Assembly: GCA_000182565.2 (NCBI GenBank)
Contig: KQ257460.1
DNA length: 61,411 nucleotides
Direction: 5' to 3' (one strand)
Origin: Spizellomyces punctatus DAOM BR117
Lineage: Eukaryota
The notes under the pieces were generated by a model. It had not been told where the DNA came from and did not search any database. It worked only from the letters and a program-made list of their open reading frames with translations. Shown one piece after another: positions 22,264 to 35,382 of this stretch (its first letter is position 1; each line of letters begins with the position of its first letter). Position numbers and translations under genes: made by a program.

Positions 22264-24077
22264 CTACAGCTTTGCAGTCTTGGGGTAAAATTTCATGGCT
22301 TGCCTAACTCCCAAATCAGCCATAATTTCCTCACTTCCACCAAGAATAGCGGCAAATTTGTAGGTTCGTTGGAAGCCTTCGATTATTCTACCCATTCCCG
22401 TCTTTGTAATGGCACGACCACCAAAGATTTGGCATGATTCATCGGAAACGTTATGGGCAACACGCGTGCAACGGAGCTTGAGAAGAGCAATTGGTCCTCC
22501 GAGTTTGATGGACGCTTCGTTGTACGACATTCTCGTCATCTGGTAAGTGAGGTTTTCGAGCCAGTTATGGACGGCTTCGGTTTCAGAGATCTGATAAGCG
22601 TTGCGAAAAAATACGGTGTCATTAAAACCATAAGATTTTGCTTGAAGAGATACGATCCTTACCATGTGGGCCAACTTGGCTCTGATCACAGGTTGCTCGA
22701 TCAATGGCTTGCCAAAGACTAGTCGCTGCTGAGCCCACTTGAAGCATTCCTCGATTACCAGCCTGATGCTACGCGTGACGGTTGCAACGATAAACCAACG
22801 CTCATGGTTGAAGTTATACATGATAACCTGGAAACCTTGGCCCTCCTTGCCAAGGAGGTTTTCAACAGGAACTTTGACATTCTCAAAGGTGATATATGCC
22901 GTGCCAGCAGCAGCGGAGTAAGAAGTCTTGATGGCCTTTGTCTCCAAGCCTTCACTATTTTCATAGCAAACTATAAGCCATGTCGGATAAGGTTAAAGCG
23001 ACAAACCATCATCATACACACCTGCGCTCGATCAACAACATGGAAATGCCACCAGGTCCGTCACCGGTACGAACAGCCGTCGAGAAATAGTCGCAGAATG
23101 TACCGTTGGTAATCCACTTTTTGGTACCGTTTACAATGTAGTACTTGCCGCAAGGGGACTTTTTTGCCGTCGTGCGGATAGCTGCAACGTCGGAACCAGC
23201 AGTAGCTTCGGTGATTGCAAGACAGATTCTCTTCTTCCCACTCAAAACTTCGTTAACAACCTTTTCCTTGACGTTCTTGGTTGCAAAATGAAGGACGGGA
23301 GGTAAACCGATAACCATTCCGGTGGCCACCGAGTCCTGGAATCCAGGAGCACCAAGAGTGCCAATTTCCTCGTGGGCAATCATTTCATGGAAGTAGTCAA
23401 ACTCCTCTGGCTTGACACCTCCGGGAAGTGTTCTTCCGTTGAGGTGGGGACCAGGGCCCATACGGCAGGCCAACAAGTTGAATGAACCCATCTTTTCGAA
23501 AAGCTCCTGGTCAGCAATGGTGCCCGACTCTTCATTTACAGCAGCATCGGGTACGATCTCCTTTTGTATGAATTCTCGGACGGCCGCACGGAACCTAAAG
23601 TGGGATTCGCTGCAGGACATGCATGATTGGTTTGTGGGAACAAGTATGGATTCCGTCTTTAACCGCAAACTCACTTGTAATAAGGAGAGTAGAACCCTTG
23701 CCAAGCGCTGGACTCTGCATAAGGAACCTTGCTGATGTCACCGGGCTTTTGAAGTACGATCTTGGATTTCACACCCTTGACAGTTCCAATTTCATATTTC
23801 GGGCCAAACTTGGCGAGTACAGACTGGCGATGCAAACCGTAGAACTCCTCTATGTGTAGTCATATTCGTCAACATATGGATGGTACAGAGAGACGAGGAC
23901 ACAATACATACGCGTGGCATCTTTGCCCGCAACCTCCAGCAAGACTGTCAAACCACCAGGATGCAAGTCGGCAAAATTTGTCAAGTCATAAACTCGACCG
24001 TCTACAATGATCCACAAGCTCTCTTCATTGTTATGGGCAGCGACCTGTTCAATGGTGTACTCTTGTTGGGGTGCCAT
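22264..24077 (-). CDS. Cytochrome b5 domain-acyl-CoA dehydrogenase fusion protein (multi-exon)
   Basis: b5 motifs LWIIVDGRVYDLTNFADLHPGG and AGKDAT; ACAD motifs CLAITEATAGSDVA, VNGTKKWITNG, NFNHERW, QIFGGRAIT and AILGGSEEIMADL. Confidence 0.93.
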
Positions 24078-25241
24078 GTTGAGAGTAAGATGCGGTGAAA
24101 ATGCTCGGGAGAAGAAGGAAGCCAAACCTTGGCTCGTGATCGAATCTAATTACACGTGATAAGACCAAGCCATGAAAGTTAAACATTGCAATGCCCCATA
24201 CGTAACCCTCCAAGTTGGGTAAGGCTAATAAGGGTTAAAGCACATTTTGAACTTTTACTGCCAGTGATGTGTATATCCATTCATTTGGCACAAGTTTTGT
24301 TTTGCTTGATACATATTGCACGCTATCAGCATGAAAGCGCAAGCTGAGGCTCCTATAGTTTTTGGTTCCAAGGGACCCAATACGGTCTGTTACCCTTCAG
24401 GTACTGATCGACATTACGATTTCATCAAAGTTGGAAGATGCAAGGTCGTCATTTCCAACAAGAGCCCCTCATGACATATCTTTGCTTTCGCAGCAGTGGC
24501 AACGACGCCGTAGCTTTCGGACACCCGAGCAACGTACGTCATGTGATATTGCTGACGAACCGCGGAGAAACTGGCCTTCCTTTTCGGCATTTCATAAACG
24601 GTTTTGGTGACAAAAAGTGTGAAAAAAAAGGAGGAAGGCCCGACGTGGAAGTCGTCGGTTTGAGCGCCGTGCGGTCGGTCGTTTTAAAGTCCATTTTTAC
24701 GAGTGTTTGGGGTTCTCCTCGCCTTCCAAAATAAATCACACTTGTTCTTTTTTTCTGTGATTCATTGCATTTCGGGCCTTTTTCCTTGCGCATGAATTCC
24801 GAAATTTGTGATCGCAAGCAAGTCTCCAAAAACAACTTCCGAACTTTGGATTTTAAGGGATTAAAAAAAAACACATTGACAAATACAAGGTGAGTTGCAT
24901 AGTTTCTTCATGTCATCAACCACGGGACTGGGGGCGACAGACAAGCAAAAGACAAATGCTGGTGCTTGCCAAGGGAGGGGAAGTCTTTTTGTTGAAAAAT
25001 ACCACGCGAACACTGCAGTCATCTTTATATAGAGGATTTTCGATAGAAAAAGCCCTCGTTCAATCTTATACAGACCTGCAACACATCTACACTGTTGCCA
25101 ATTTGTTTATACCGCTCAACCCTGACGTATGATTTGCTAATGACGCATGATAAAAAGGTCAATCCATTCTACCTCGTGCACCTTCTTCGCTCGTTCCCAT
25201 CCTTGGCAAAATCCCGTTCCAACGCTCGATCGCAACCCGCT

Positions 25242-26752
25242 ATGACATTTGAATCACAGGACGCCGCGGTGTCTTCCCCAGATATAGTGGCGTACAACAC
25301 AAATACTGGAGCATCGGCTGCTGGTGCATACACCGAAGCTTCAGCAAAGGTGGCATCGGACACTGGTGGTTCGTCGGAAAGCTCGACAGACATGGAGAGT
25401 CTTACCGGCTCACGCCAAGGATCAGCCGCGAACGGTAAAACATTAGGACTTGGACACAATGACAGCGCAATCACCGTCGTCACTCAACGCGTAGGAGAGA
25501 GTCAACCGGACAGACACGCCAAGCACCTCTCACAGTCGTCCAGTCGATTCGGCGATCAGTCGTCTGGCCCAGAAGACACGCATACAGATGATGAGGAACC
25601 CGCGAAATCTGGCACGCTAGAGAGGGTCAGCAAGGCATTTGCTCCTTATGTTCCTCTTCGGCGAAAGAGACGCTCACTTTCGCAATCCTCTTCATCGTCG
25701 TTGGATGACGACAACTCACCCGAAGGAAATCCCACTGCAACTGCGGCAGAACCACATGGAAAGAACGGTGTCCGTGAAGCTATAATCCGAAAGTTGTCGT
25801 TGGCAAGACAAAGGAGATGCCGAACTGCTTCTGGGGAATCGAGTCCCGATGCCGGAGATGGAGAGGGCACGACGGGGACAACGACCACTGACGAATCCGA
25901 CTCACCTGTTGATGGAACATTGCGGCGAACGAGTGCGGTGGATTCTACACCAGCTAGACTGCTGTATCAGGAGATTGCGCACGTAATGGAGTATTCGGAA
26001 AAGAGAAACAGATCGTTGCATCGACTGTTCCCTGAACTACCCGAGAGTGAGACTCATGTTGATGGTATGTTTGACAACATTATATACACTTCTACAAGCG
26101 TGATCACGGCTAACCTGTAAGCCTGACATGTAGACTACAGCTGTGCGCTACAAAAAGAAATTCTCATACATGGTCGTCTCTACCTCACCTCTGAACACTT
26201 TTGCTTCAACGCCAACATCTTTGGATATGTGACCAACCTCGTCATCCCTATCACGGATGTTGTGAGCATTGAGAAGAAGTCTGTATTGATCATTCCCAAT
26301 GCTCTGTTGGTGACGCTGAAAGGAAACAAGGTCCGTACTTCATATTGGCTAAAACCGTATCCTGTATTCTTATCTTGTCATTCCTCTAGCAATATTTCTT
26401 TGCATCTTTTGTTAAACGCGACGAAGCGTATCTAAAAATGCTCACCCTCCTTCACGCTCACCGCAAACTGGACGCACAATCTACCACAATAAACCCCGCC
26501 GACCCGCAAGAAGCGTCATCCTCGGCCACACTAATGGACGAAATTCCCTCCGACTTGCCCCCACCAAAGGCGCCTCAGCCTGACCAAACCCTTATCATGC
26601 TTATCGTCATCATCGTGGGTTGGTCGCTTGTCATGACCCTTACTTCTGGGGTGGTGCTGTGGAGGGTAAAAAATGTTGTGGGCGGGTTGGAGATTTTGTC
26701 TGGTATATTGAAAGACGTGGTACCTAAGGATATCGGGCGTACAATTAGATAG
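25242..26752 (+). CDS. GRAM-domain protein with disordered N-terminus and C-terminal transmembrane helix
   Basis: HRLFPELPESE..D|YSCALQKEILIHGRLYLTSEHFCFNANIFGYVTNLVIPITDVVSIEKK...IPNAL...YFFASF (GRAM), plus TM LIMLIVIIVGWSLVMTLTSGVVLW. Confidence 0.88.
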
Positions 26753-26815
26753 GTTGATTCTGGTTCTATATTTATTGGTTGTAGATATGAGAGATGGGAG
26801 AGTTTTGGTTATACC

Positions 26816-26990
26816 ATGCTACGATATGGGTGTATCTTGTGGATCTGGAGTGTCCATATTTCTATTCTGGTGGAATGCCACGAAATGGGTGTATCTTTGG
26901 GGTGTCCATACTTCTATACTAGTTGGTTAGACATGCCACAATACGGGGTATCTTGTGAATCTGGAGTGTCCATACTTCTATACTGCTGGG
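26816..26990 (+). repeat. Degenerate tandem repeat, 3 copies of about 58-59 nt, just downstream of the GRAM gene
   Basis: Units start at 26816, 26875 and 26933: atgc(t/c)ac..at..gg.gtatctt(gtg.atct)gg.gtgtccata.ttctat.ct. Confidence 0.85.
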
Positions 26991-27275
26991 TTTAGTGGGG
27001 TATTGCAATTGCTTTGTGTATCCGACGCGCCTCTATGTAAAGAGGTCATTGCAATATCAACCTGCAAGTTATTCATATAAGCTACTGCAAATACTAATTA
27101 TATTGCAAAGGGTAAAACGAAACGAATGTGTGCGCTTGACACAACGCACTACTTGATATCCCACTATACATTCAATCCTATATGCCGCCCTTCCGCTGCC
27201 CAATCCAAGACCATACAAAAACTTTCAACAGGTAAACGGAAAAAAGCACGTCTTAACATATTCTTCCAAGCGATT

Positions 27276-27910
27276 TCATTTGAACGCCAGTGCAAAGTTT
27301 GCAATTTGAACTCCCGTAATGAAAAGGAACAGGATCATCTCGAGCCACCAGTAGCCAGGCGTGAAGGTTGAGATGAGGATCCAAAAGAGCAGCAACAGGG
27401 CAGCAACCCAGGTTAAAACTACGACGGCCTGCATGGAACAGTATGAGAATATTGTGCATATGCGAATAAAGCCCTCACGTACAGTTGTGATGCCCCGGCC
27501 AGCTTCGTTTGCTACAGTTGTAGCGAGAAGGATGAGGAAGGCATCACGGGCAGAACGAGCGAACCGATTTGCGCCGCCCGACTATGATAATAAGCATCAA
27601 TATCATATATCAAAGAGAAATTTCATTGTGGGAACATACCGCTCCTCCATGCCTTTCCTCAGCTTTCGCGGCGCCCCACCTATGCAACACTGGCGCTAAG
27701 AGCAAACCGAGGAGCCAAAGAATAAAGGCACAAAAGACGGCAACCCAAGCAGCTTTTTCCAAAATAGGTTAGTCCAAAGCGAAGACAAAAGATATATTTG
27801 GATATCTTACATTCCGTCAAACCGTTTATAAAACGATTGGTTCCAGGTGCACCCCCGCCTTGTCGGGCAAAGAGATGGACGCTTTCCTGCAGAGGTGCCA
27901 AGGTGTACAT
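27276..27910 (-). CDS. Small multi-exon membrane protein (about 4 TM); start uncertain (27910, or a spliced start at 28051)
   Basis: Segments AAWVAVFCAFILWLLGLLLAPVL, AFLILLATTVA, AVVVLTWVAALLLLFWILI and WWLEMILFLFITGVQIANFALAFK*, separated by GT-AG introns. Confidence 0.6.
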
Positions 27911-28354
27911 ATCTCACAAATTATGGGAGTAAGTTGAGGTATGCTAGCCAGAAAAAACAGTAGGAAGACGAGAACTACCAAGTTTAACCTCTGGGAGAAG
28001 CTTTTTGGTAAGCATGAGTACATTGCGGCTTTTGACGACGTAACTCACCATCTCTTGGTCGCCGGGGGAGAAAACGGGGTTGGATGCGGGCTTTGTCGTT
28101 CTTGTGTAGACTAGGGGCTTGAAATTAGAACTGGGATTGACGCATCTTTCGCTCTGGTATACTTACACACATATCGGTGAACTTGAGAAGGGAGGGATAT
28201 AGGATTCCCTTGGACAGTCAACCATCTATCGTGCTAGAAAAATCATTGTTTATTTGGGCATACACGATTGGTGAGTACATCTGTCTACACATTAGAATCT
28301 AACCACGAGTTGCCACTCGCTTGACATCCGTCTGACATCCACTTGATCATCAAG

Positions 28355-28636
28355 ATGAACGACACAGTTAACGGTAGCCCTGCTAGTCAGGGACCTGCAC
28401 CTGTTTCAACGAGCGACATTGCGGCGGTTATGGCTGCGTTCGGTGTGACCATCCACCCGAATGTCAGGATGCCTTCGGCTGCGCAATTGGCAGCCTTTAA
28501 GGCAGCCCACCCTGCTGTTACTAGTACCGAAATGCTTCATGCGTTCTTTGTATATGCGACTTGGGGTCCGGACACATGGAGAGCGTTTGGCGATATGCTT
28601 TCTCCTCTTGAGGAAAAGGAGGGTGGTTGTGCTTGA
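28355..28636 (+). CDS. Small hypothetical protein (93 aa)
   Basis: ATG-initiated ORF with protein-like, Ala-rich composition. No domain recognised. Confidence 0.45.
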   Translation: MNDTVNGSPASQGPAPVSTSDIAAVMAAFGVTIHPNVRMPSAAQLAAFKAAHPAVTSTEMLHAFFVYATWGPDTWRAFGDMLSPLEEKEGGCA

Positions 28637-28892
28637 TCTGGTAGTCCAAAGCCATTATTGTCATTGCTAAGGAGGAACAAATAAGATACCCATTCTGGCC
28701 AATTTGCAGAAGCGAATTTATGTAATTGTCTGTACATATGCTGTATCCTACGTGCAATTAAGGCTCCTATTACATGCTTGTCCTGTTGCCACCTGCCGAC
28801 AACTACACTGAATCTCATGTACATCATGACTACGTACAAAAATTATTGAACCTCAATAATAGAGTTGAAGCTCGGCTGCTGCAAAGTCCTCC

Positions 28893-29306
28893 CTACTGAG
28901 ATATGCGGGCGTTCCTAGCTCTGAGTTTAGCGCCCCTAACGCAAGGAGGGTCGACACCAGGGAGTTGTTTGGGGGGAATGACGTTAATGGGAGCATGCCT
29001 CATCTCCTCAGCGAGTTCAGCTACGCCAGGGCGACCACCAAAGTTGGCGAGCAGCTGATCAGCCAAATCGGAGCGTTCACACGCACCAGCCGCCGTTGTA
29101 GCTTTTGCCGCCAATATCGCACTGTGAAAGGGGCCGCTAATGTCGAAGCAGTTTGTGCCAGCAGCACCTAGCTCGCCGTTGAGACTTTGACAAAAGGCGA
29201 TCAATTCGGCTTTGATCCTCGTAGTCCTGGGGTCCTCGAGTGCAGTGACGGAACTAGCGCACAATCCGAGAATAAGGAGGGAAGCAATGGATTTGCATGA
29301 AAGCAT
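28893..29306 (-). CDS. Small secreted cysteine-containing protein (137 aa)
   Basis: Signal peptide MLSCKSIASLLILGLCASSVTA, four Cys in the mature part and an upstream TATA box. Confidence 0.78.
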   Translation of the reverse strand: MLSCKSIASLLILGLCASSVTALEDPRTTRIKAELIAFCQSLNGELGAAGTNCFDISGPFHSAILAAKATTAAGACERSDLADQLLANFGGRPGVAELAEEMRHAPINVIPPKQLPGVDPPCVRGAKLRARNARISQ

Positions 29307-29323
29307 GATGATCAAGTATTAAT

Positions 29324-29431
29324 GGCGTGTGTTTTAGGAGTGCTGGGTGGAAGGAGAACGGCGTGTGTTATTGGAGTGCTGGGTGAAAGGAGAACGGCGT
29401 GTGTTTTTGGAGTGGTGGGTGGAAGGAGAAC
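29324..29431. repeat. 36-bp tandem repeat, 3 copies, between the TATA box and ATG of the secreted protein gene
   Basis: ggcgtgtgtt(t/a)t(a/t)ggagtg(c/g)tgggtg(g/a)aaggagaac at 29324, 29360 and 29396. Confidence 0.95.
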
Positions 29432-29447
29432 AAAGACCCCCGGGCCC

Positions 29448-29454
29448 TTTTATA
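29448..29454 (-). promoter_or_regulatory. TATA box of the small secreted protein gene
   Basis: TATAAAA on the minus strand about 140 nt upstream of ATG 29306. Confidence 0.55.
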
Positions 29455-32049
29455 GACCATCTGCACTACATTACATCTGCTTCGGATTGATGTGACTTTC
29501 CCTAGAGAAAACATTCTGTAATAATGCACGAACAACATCATGAAGGGTTGGCTGGGGAGTCTCCTGTCATCCATTGCAGTCTCGCTCCATCATCATTTCT
29601 TGTAGGCATGCAACTTGCATCAAAGGTCTTCCAGTTCCAAGGGGAAAGATTGCATATCCCAGGGGCTCAGTCCACCACGTTGACGACAATGACATTGCGG
29701 ACAGACAAAAACGTTGACTCAACCGCGCGCAAATAACGCGGGTATACGTTGACGACAGTCGCCGCGGATGAAGTTTTCAAAACTCCAAGCTATGGACGAT
29801 GAATACGTTGCACAGACAACTCAGGTTAGATCACCCCCCGTGTAAAGCATCTCCCAAACCAGAGCGTTTTGTAGATGATGATTCTTGACAAGACTCTTGA
29901 CTCAACAGCATTTGCGATGAAATCCCCCTTCATATGCCTTAGCGCTTTTGCGTTCGAAGCATTCCTTATGCGCGTCTGATACTCTCATTTTTGAGAGGCA
30001 AGTGAGAGTAGAAGAGCGTCTCTGAAGAATAATACCGCCAAAAGTAGATTTGTGGCTGCATCGGGAGCGCTCAGCTGCACATGCTTTGGTTTCTGAGGCA
30101 CTGGTATCAGGTCTCGCGGGTTCCCAGCAAAAGGGTAAAGCGGGGAAGAGACAAACTTCACGTCACTGAAGCTCTGGAACGGTATCGTAATGCCGCTGAG
30201 CGCAACTGTCATGCTTTATCATTTCAATTTAGCTGGGCAAATTTCGGTGATCACTGCGATTTCGGTAACCTTGACCAGGGTGACAGCGACCAAGGTGAGC
30301 AGAATTACGTTGCAGACAGTTGTTCAAACCTTTTGCTATGTACATTTTTGGTCATCAGGGCGTCCTCGTGTCTGTCGTGATCCTCAACAAACGACTCGTT
30401 GTGTCTGTAGGTTTGGGTGATTTCTTGTCAGTTGAGCAGCACCTGCTCTAAGATCTTGTTAGGACTGGTCGCATGTACTGTAGGTCCGTGTACGTAGGAC
30501 ACGAGTGACTCCAATTTGAGTAGTGATTGGCACCGTTTTTTGATATTGGCAAACTCTTGTATCCAAAGACCCCCATCTGCACAAAAGTTCACACCTACGG
30601 TTGGATCTGTGCAGAAATGTTTGCTCGCATTTTGCAGGCAATGCTTGCTTTGTGAATACCTCTAGAATTTCTCTCGTGGAACTTGCATTTCCTGAAAGCT
30701 GTGACCTCCAATCACTTATTGGCGTTGTAACATACCCAATCGTCTTTGAAAATATTTCGCTTACATGCTACTGACCTTCCCTATTGGATGTATTTGAGAA
30801 TGAAGGAGATGGTCGCTGACTTATTGAAACATTCTTTATGACATGCATAACGGCGTGAATAAGTGTTGGATATGCTATGGTTCGGCAATGTCTTCTTCCT
30901 AATTATCTCGGCTGCTCGTTGTTCCATGAAAGAGTCCATCCCATTAATGATATCGGCTCGTGCGTATTCAACGCCACGTTTCTTTGCCGGCACACCTGCC
31001 CGTGGCTTTTTGGCAAGTATGTAGACAAAGGAAGGAAGAATTGCGGCGTGGCATCGATGAGGGCGGAGGCGTGAAATACTTTTCTATTACTGTGTAATAT
31101 TCAAGTGACGTGCCCACGGCAAAAATTAGGAGCTCTGATGAACTGCATTTTGTGAGTTATTTCCAATGGCGGGCTATCTAACGGCGATTCTTGCCACAAA
31201 TACTCTTCTCGCGGACGGGGACCCCAAAGTGAAAAAAAAAAAAAACAACATTGGAATGCACACATTTACAGCTACATAGTTGAACACCTCTCCCATGCAA
31301 TGATAACGAATCTGTTGCAGTCTATTTCAAGTTGCAACCTACACAAGCCTTAGTTAATGCACAGGAAGCTTAAATGCAAAACGGCAATAATAAACAAAAA
31401 GTCGATTGGGTTTGCAAGTAAGAAAAAAAAAAAGAACACTAAAAAGACGATCGATTACATAAGCGGGGAGCGGTGAAACGCCTACAATTTGAAACGCACG
31501 AGCACCACAAGGTGACCAAGTTTCAACCCAAAGTGTTTTTGGTGGTGCGTCCGGAAAGGAAAGCTATAGGTCATTGCGAACCAAAAAAAAAACCAACGCA
31601 AACACACTTGCAACATCAAGATCTGACGAGCTTTGTCATTGTAGACAGCAAACCTCGACTCGAGTACATTTACCTTTACGGACCTCATTTTCTTACTTGA
31701 ACTCCCGTTTCTGTGGAGTGTACGTTAAACAATTTTCCTGGAAGCTTGATGCAGAGGGACTGTCGACGGCACCGGATATTACGATTCAAAAAGCGTCTGA
31801 TTTCGACTGTGACTAGTGGACATTTCCCTCTCTCTCCACGCATCCCTTTATCGCCTGGAGTTTGCTGCGACTTAAATCCACCCGGGCTCTACGCCCTTTT
31901 AGCGTAAAAGGTGCGGGGCCGAAAAAGAGAAGGACGTTGAACACAACCCCAGTTCCTCCCTCTTTTCAGCTACCGTCGCTTTGTCGCAACCCATTCTTTC
32001 CTCCGACCTCTTTCTCGAAAACCCCTGAAATACAAGCCTATACCCTACA

Positions 32050-34780
32050 ATGTCAGACGACGTTTACTCCACGCACTACGATGTGATGAGGCGCTACCTC
32101 ACGACCTTCCTGCAGGAACAGGGGTCGATGTTGGGGCGAAATAATGCAAAGGAGAAGCTTGGAAGACTATCAGAAAGGCAGTTCTATGACTTGTCGACAG
32201 ATGTGTTTGATGAAATAAATCGAAGGCGGGAGAACGATCGGAATGGTAGGTTGATTACTGTAGGAATTGGGCACTTGAACGAGTTTGAGAGGGAAACCAT
32301 GCTCGTTTTTTTTTGTGGATGGATGCTGGACAACGGAATGTTAAAGGAGCATGCGAAAGGACACGGCATGTTCCATGAGGCTGGAGGAACATGTACTGCC
32401 AGGAAGGAGGAGTCGCCGGCTAGAGCACTGAGCTTGGGATCAGCACTTTGGTGTTCGAAACTTTTGGCTAACCTAGCGATATCATCATGCTTAGTTCCTT
32501 TCCTTCCCGTACGAAATGAATTTACCCCAAAACGCAACCAAGCTCGACAAAAACTTGCCACTCTCCAAGAATTCCGCTTTAAGGAGCTTGCTTCCGAAGT
32601 ATTCTTTGAACTCGAACGACGATTTCCTCGCATTGTACAAGAAAATGATGCGCGCTATGGGGTATGGCTGGATCTACAATTCATCATATTCTCTCGGAGT
32701 GGGAACTCATGTAACCGTCTTTTTTTAGCCTCTGTACACAGACAGCAGTTCCCGTCCAGGTGTAAATGGTTTCCAAGGTCCGCGAGCCGTCTCCCCCAAC
32801 CGTCCCTTACCAAATCCCTTCCAACCACCCGCACGTATGCCAACGACAGCCTCAGGTCGACAGATTCCCCAACGAGGGGCATCGAGAGGCGCAATAGACA
32901 CTGCTGGTAGAGCCCGGCGAGGGGGATCCCCTCCACCGCCGATGCCGATGCCGACGACGCGGGGCATGGAGACATTGCAACGGCAACCTACAGAGTTGAT
33001 GCCCCGGAACGGGACGTCAACGAGGGGCACGACAGGAAGAGGTGGAGTCACAAATGTACGTTACGTGCCGCAGAAGAAGAATCGTTTGCTGTGATAGATG
33101 TTCTGACGGAGTATCTCCATTCGGCGATATAGGAAGAATTTGAAAGAATGAAGGCAAGATATGAAGCCGAGATTGAGACATTACGAAAGCAACTGGTTTG
33201 TGTTTCCAGCCTTTCATTCTCGATTTCAATCATCGACTCATTTGGTATATCAAATTATAGAGCGGACAAGCACCGTCGCCTGAGATAAAAAAGCTAAATG
33301 CCGAGCTGGCCATGTCCAAAATGGTAAGCAATCATAGATGTCCATTAATTTGACGTTATTTTAAATCTTCGTGACTGTTTGATAAGGCCAAACGAGATAT
33401 AAAGCAAAAGTACGATGTGCTGTTAACAGACTATGAAACCATCCAAGAAGAATTAAAAGCGCAGGAACAGGTTTGTGTAAAATTAAACAAACTTTTGGGT
33501 CTGTACAACTGAGGCATGCAATGCTGAATTATGTACATTGATTGAAACAGGCGGCGGAGGCCCTGCGAAAAGATGTGAATTCGCTGTTGGAGGATGTTCA
33601 GACACTTTCCCAAAAGAACCAGCGACTAAAGGAAGACAAGGAGCGAGATGCGGAAACAATCCGACAGTTACGGGAGGAGGTGGAACGATTGGGTGGAGAA
33701 GCTGGGAGCGTTACGGCTTCTACACCAAGAACGCGGAATGACTCCGCCAAGGGTGACTTGTTCTTTAGTGCGGAAGATGACGGTGAGGATCCACGAATAT
33801 TGGCGTACCAGGATGCTGCAGAGAGATTGGTGATTGCTGCCAGGTACGTAACTTGTTATTGTAGCGTGGCTTTGTGGATCGGAATCTGATTGTGTTATGC
33901 ATCTTTAGGGGCAGCACGCCAACCAATGTCTTGATAGCCATGAAGTCTGTCATTATAAGCATCAAGGGCATCACCGAAGACGCCGAGCGATTAGAAGCAC
34001 GAGTAGAATCGACAGACGACTTTACAGATCTCGAGACAGCGCGGGAGCAGGTCTCGGACGCACTGGCGAATCTTGTCGCCATCGCTAAGGAACATGCGAC
34101 CTCTTACAATAAAAATGATATTGGAGTTCTCGAGGATGGAGTGCAGAGAGTTGATGAGGATGTGCGGAACTTAGTAGCAATCATGAAGCGGGCTGGTGGG
34201 GATGCGCTGCTGGAAGGCGGACCGGATGATGATAGGGATGATACTAATGGACTGGAAAAACGAAGGCGGGGTAGTAGGGTTTTGGAAGTTGTCGAGTTGA
34301 AGGTATGGCACATGGAGAGTCGCTGCCGATATAGATGTCAACGCTGAAACATTTCCTTCCATCAGATATTTATCGAAGACGAAACCGACGCTATTGTCTC
34401 GCTCATCCAAACTCTCGTCTCCTCTCTCAAAACGGGAACACCCGAATCATCCAACTCTACCATTCAATCCATCAAGTCCTCCGTAGACGACATCATATTT
34501 GAGACTGGGCGCACCCGACCCATGCTTGATTCCGACACACGAAGTCAAAGCGATGTGATTTTGGAAGTACTGCAGGAGGCTGTGGATAATCTTGTAGAGA
34601 CGGGTGAAGAGTTGCTGAGATCAGAGGGCAACAGGACCGTAAAGCAGAAGATTGGGACTTGTAGTTATGAAGTCGCCAAGGTTTGTCCACTGCATTATGC
34701 TCGCAATTGGGTATCATCTTTGTTAATGCCTTTATCTTTGCATGCAGCACGTCAAGAGTCTCCTCGGACTCTTTGAATAA
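32050..34780 (+). CDS. SPA2: Spa2/GIT-like polarisome scaffold (two SHD/GIT repeats, coiled coil, GIT1-C-like C-terminus), multi-exon
   Basis: AKEKLGRLSERQFYDLSTDVFDEINRR and PKRNQARQKLATLQEFRFKELASEVFFELERRFP; C-terminal CSYEVAK|HVKSLLGLFE*. Confidence 0.88.
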
Positions 34781-35279
34781 GATGTACTTTCCTTCAAATC
34801 CCCTCCTCCATGATTCTGCCCGGCGGGATGATACCTCTTGTTTTGTAGATAGCACTCCTCTGTGATTTTTTGGGATCCTCTTGGATGTATATACTGTAAA
34901 TTAGGCACGTTTTTTTTGAATAGGTTTTAGAATAGGTTTGTTGGTAGTCTAGAATGCTTTTTTTTCTTAATTTACGCGAGGATCTTGGTTGCTTACAAGA
35001 ATGAAAAAGTGCATACTGGCACATATGTATATCAGCCATATGAGCTACCAACCTTCAACCAAACACTCGAACACGATGGCCGCAAGTGTTCCCCCATGGC
35101 TGAGTAATCAACAGAACGGCCATTTTCGATTGGAAGTTTCTGAGAAAACGCGCGCCTTCCATTTGTGTTCAGCCGCATGAAATGGAACACAGAAAGTGAA
35201 GTGATTCTGCTTGTAATGGCCGTGGGAAAAAAAAAAAAATACTTGGAATTTGAAAAAGGGCAAATGGGTGGGAGGGGAA

Positions 35280-35286
35280 TATAAAA
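35280..35286 (+). promoter_or_regulatory. TATA box upstream of the chitin deacetylase gene
   Basis: TATAAAA about 100 nt before ATG 35383. Confidence 0.5.
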
Positions 35287-35382
35287 GGATTCCTTCAGCT
35301 TTCGTTTTCCCCACAGCTAGTTTTTTTTTAGATTTTGTTTTCGTTTTTTTCTTGTTCCATACGCATATTCGTTTTTAGCATC

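Noticed and set aside
22264-24077. Cytochrome b5-acyl-CoA dehydrogenase fusion as a novelty
   Set aside because: This architecture is already well known in fungi.
29324-29431. 36-bp repeats as a CRISPR array
   Set aside because: The units are directly adjacent with no unique spacers, there are no cas genes and the context is eukaryotic.
29740-31060. Possible spliced minus-strand gene
   Set aside because: Some exon-like fragments are present, but the frames could not be joined without stops.
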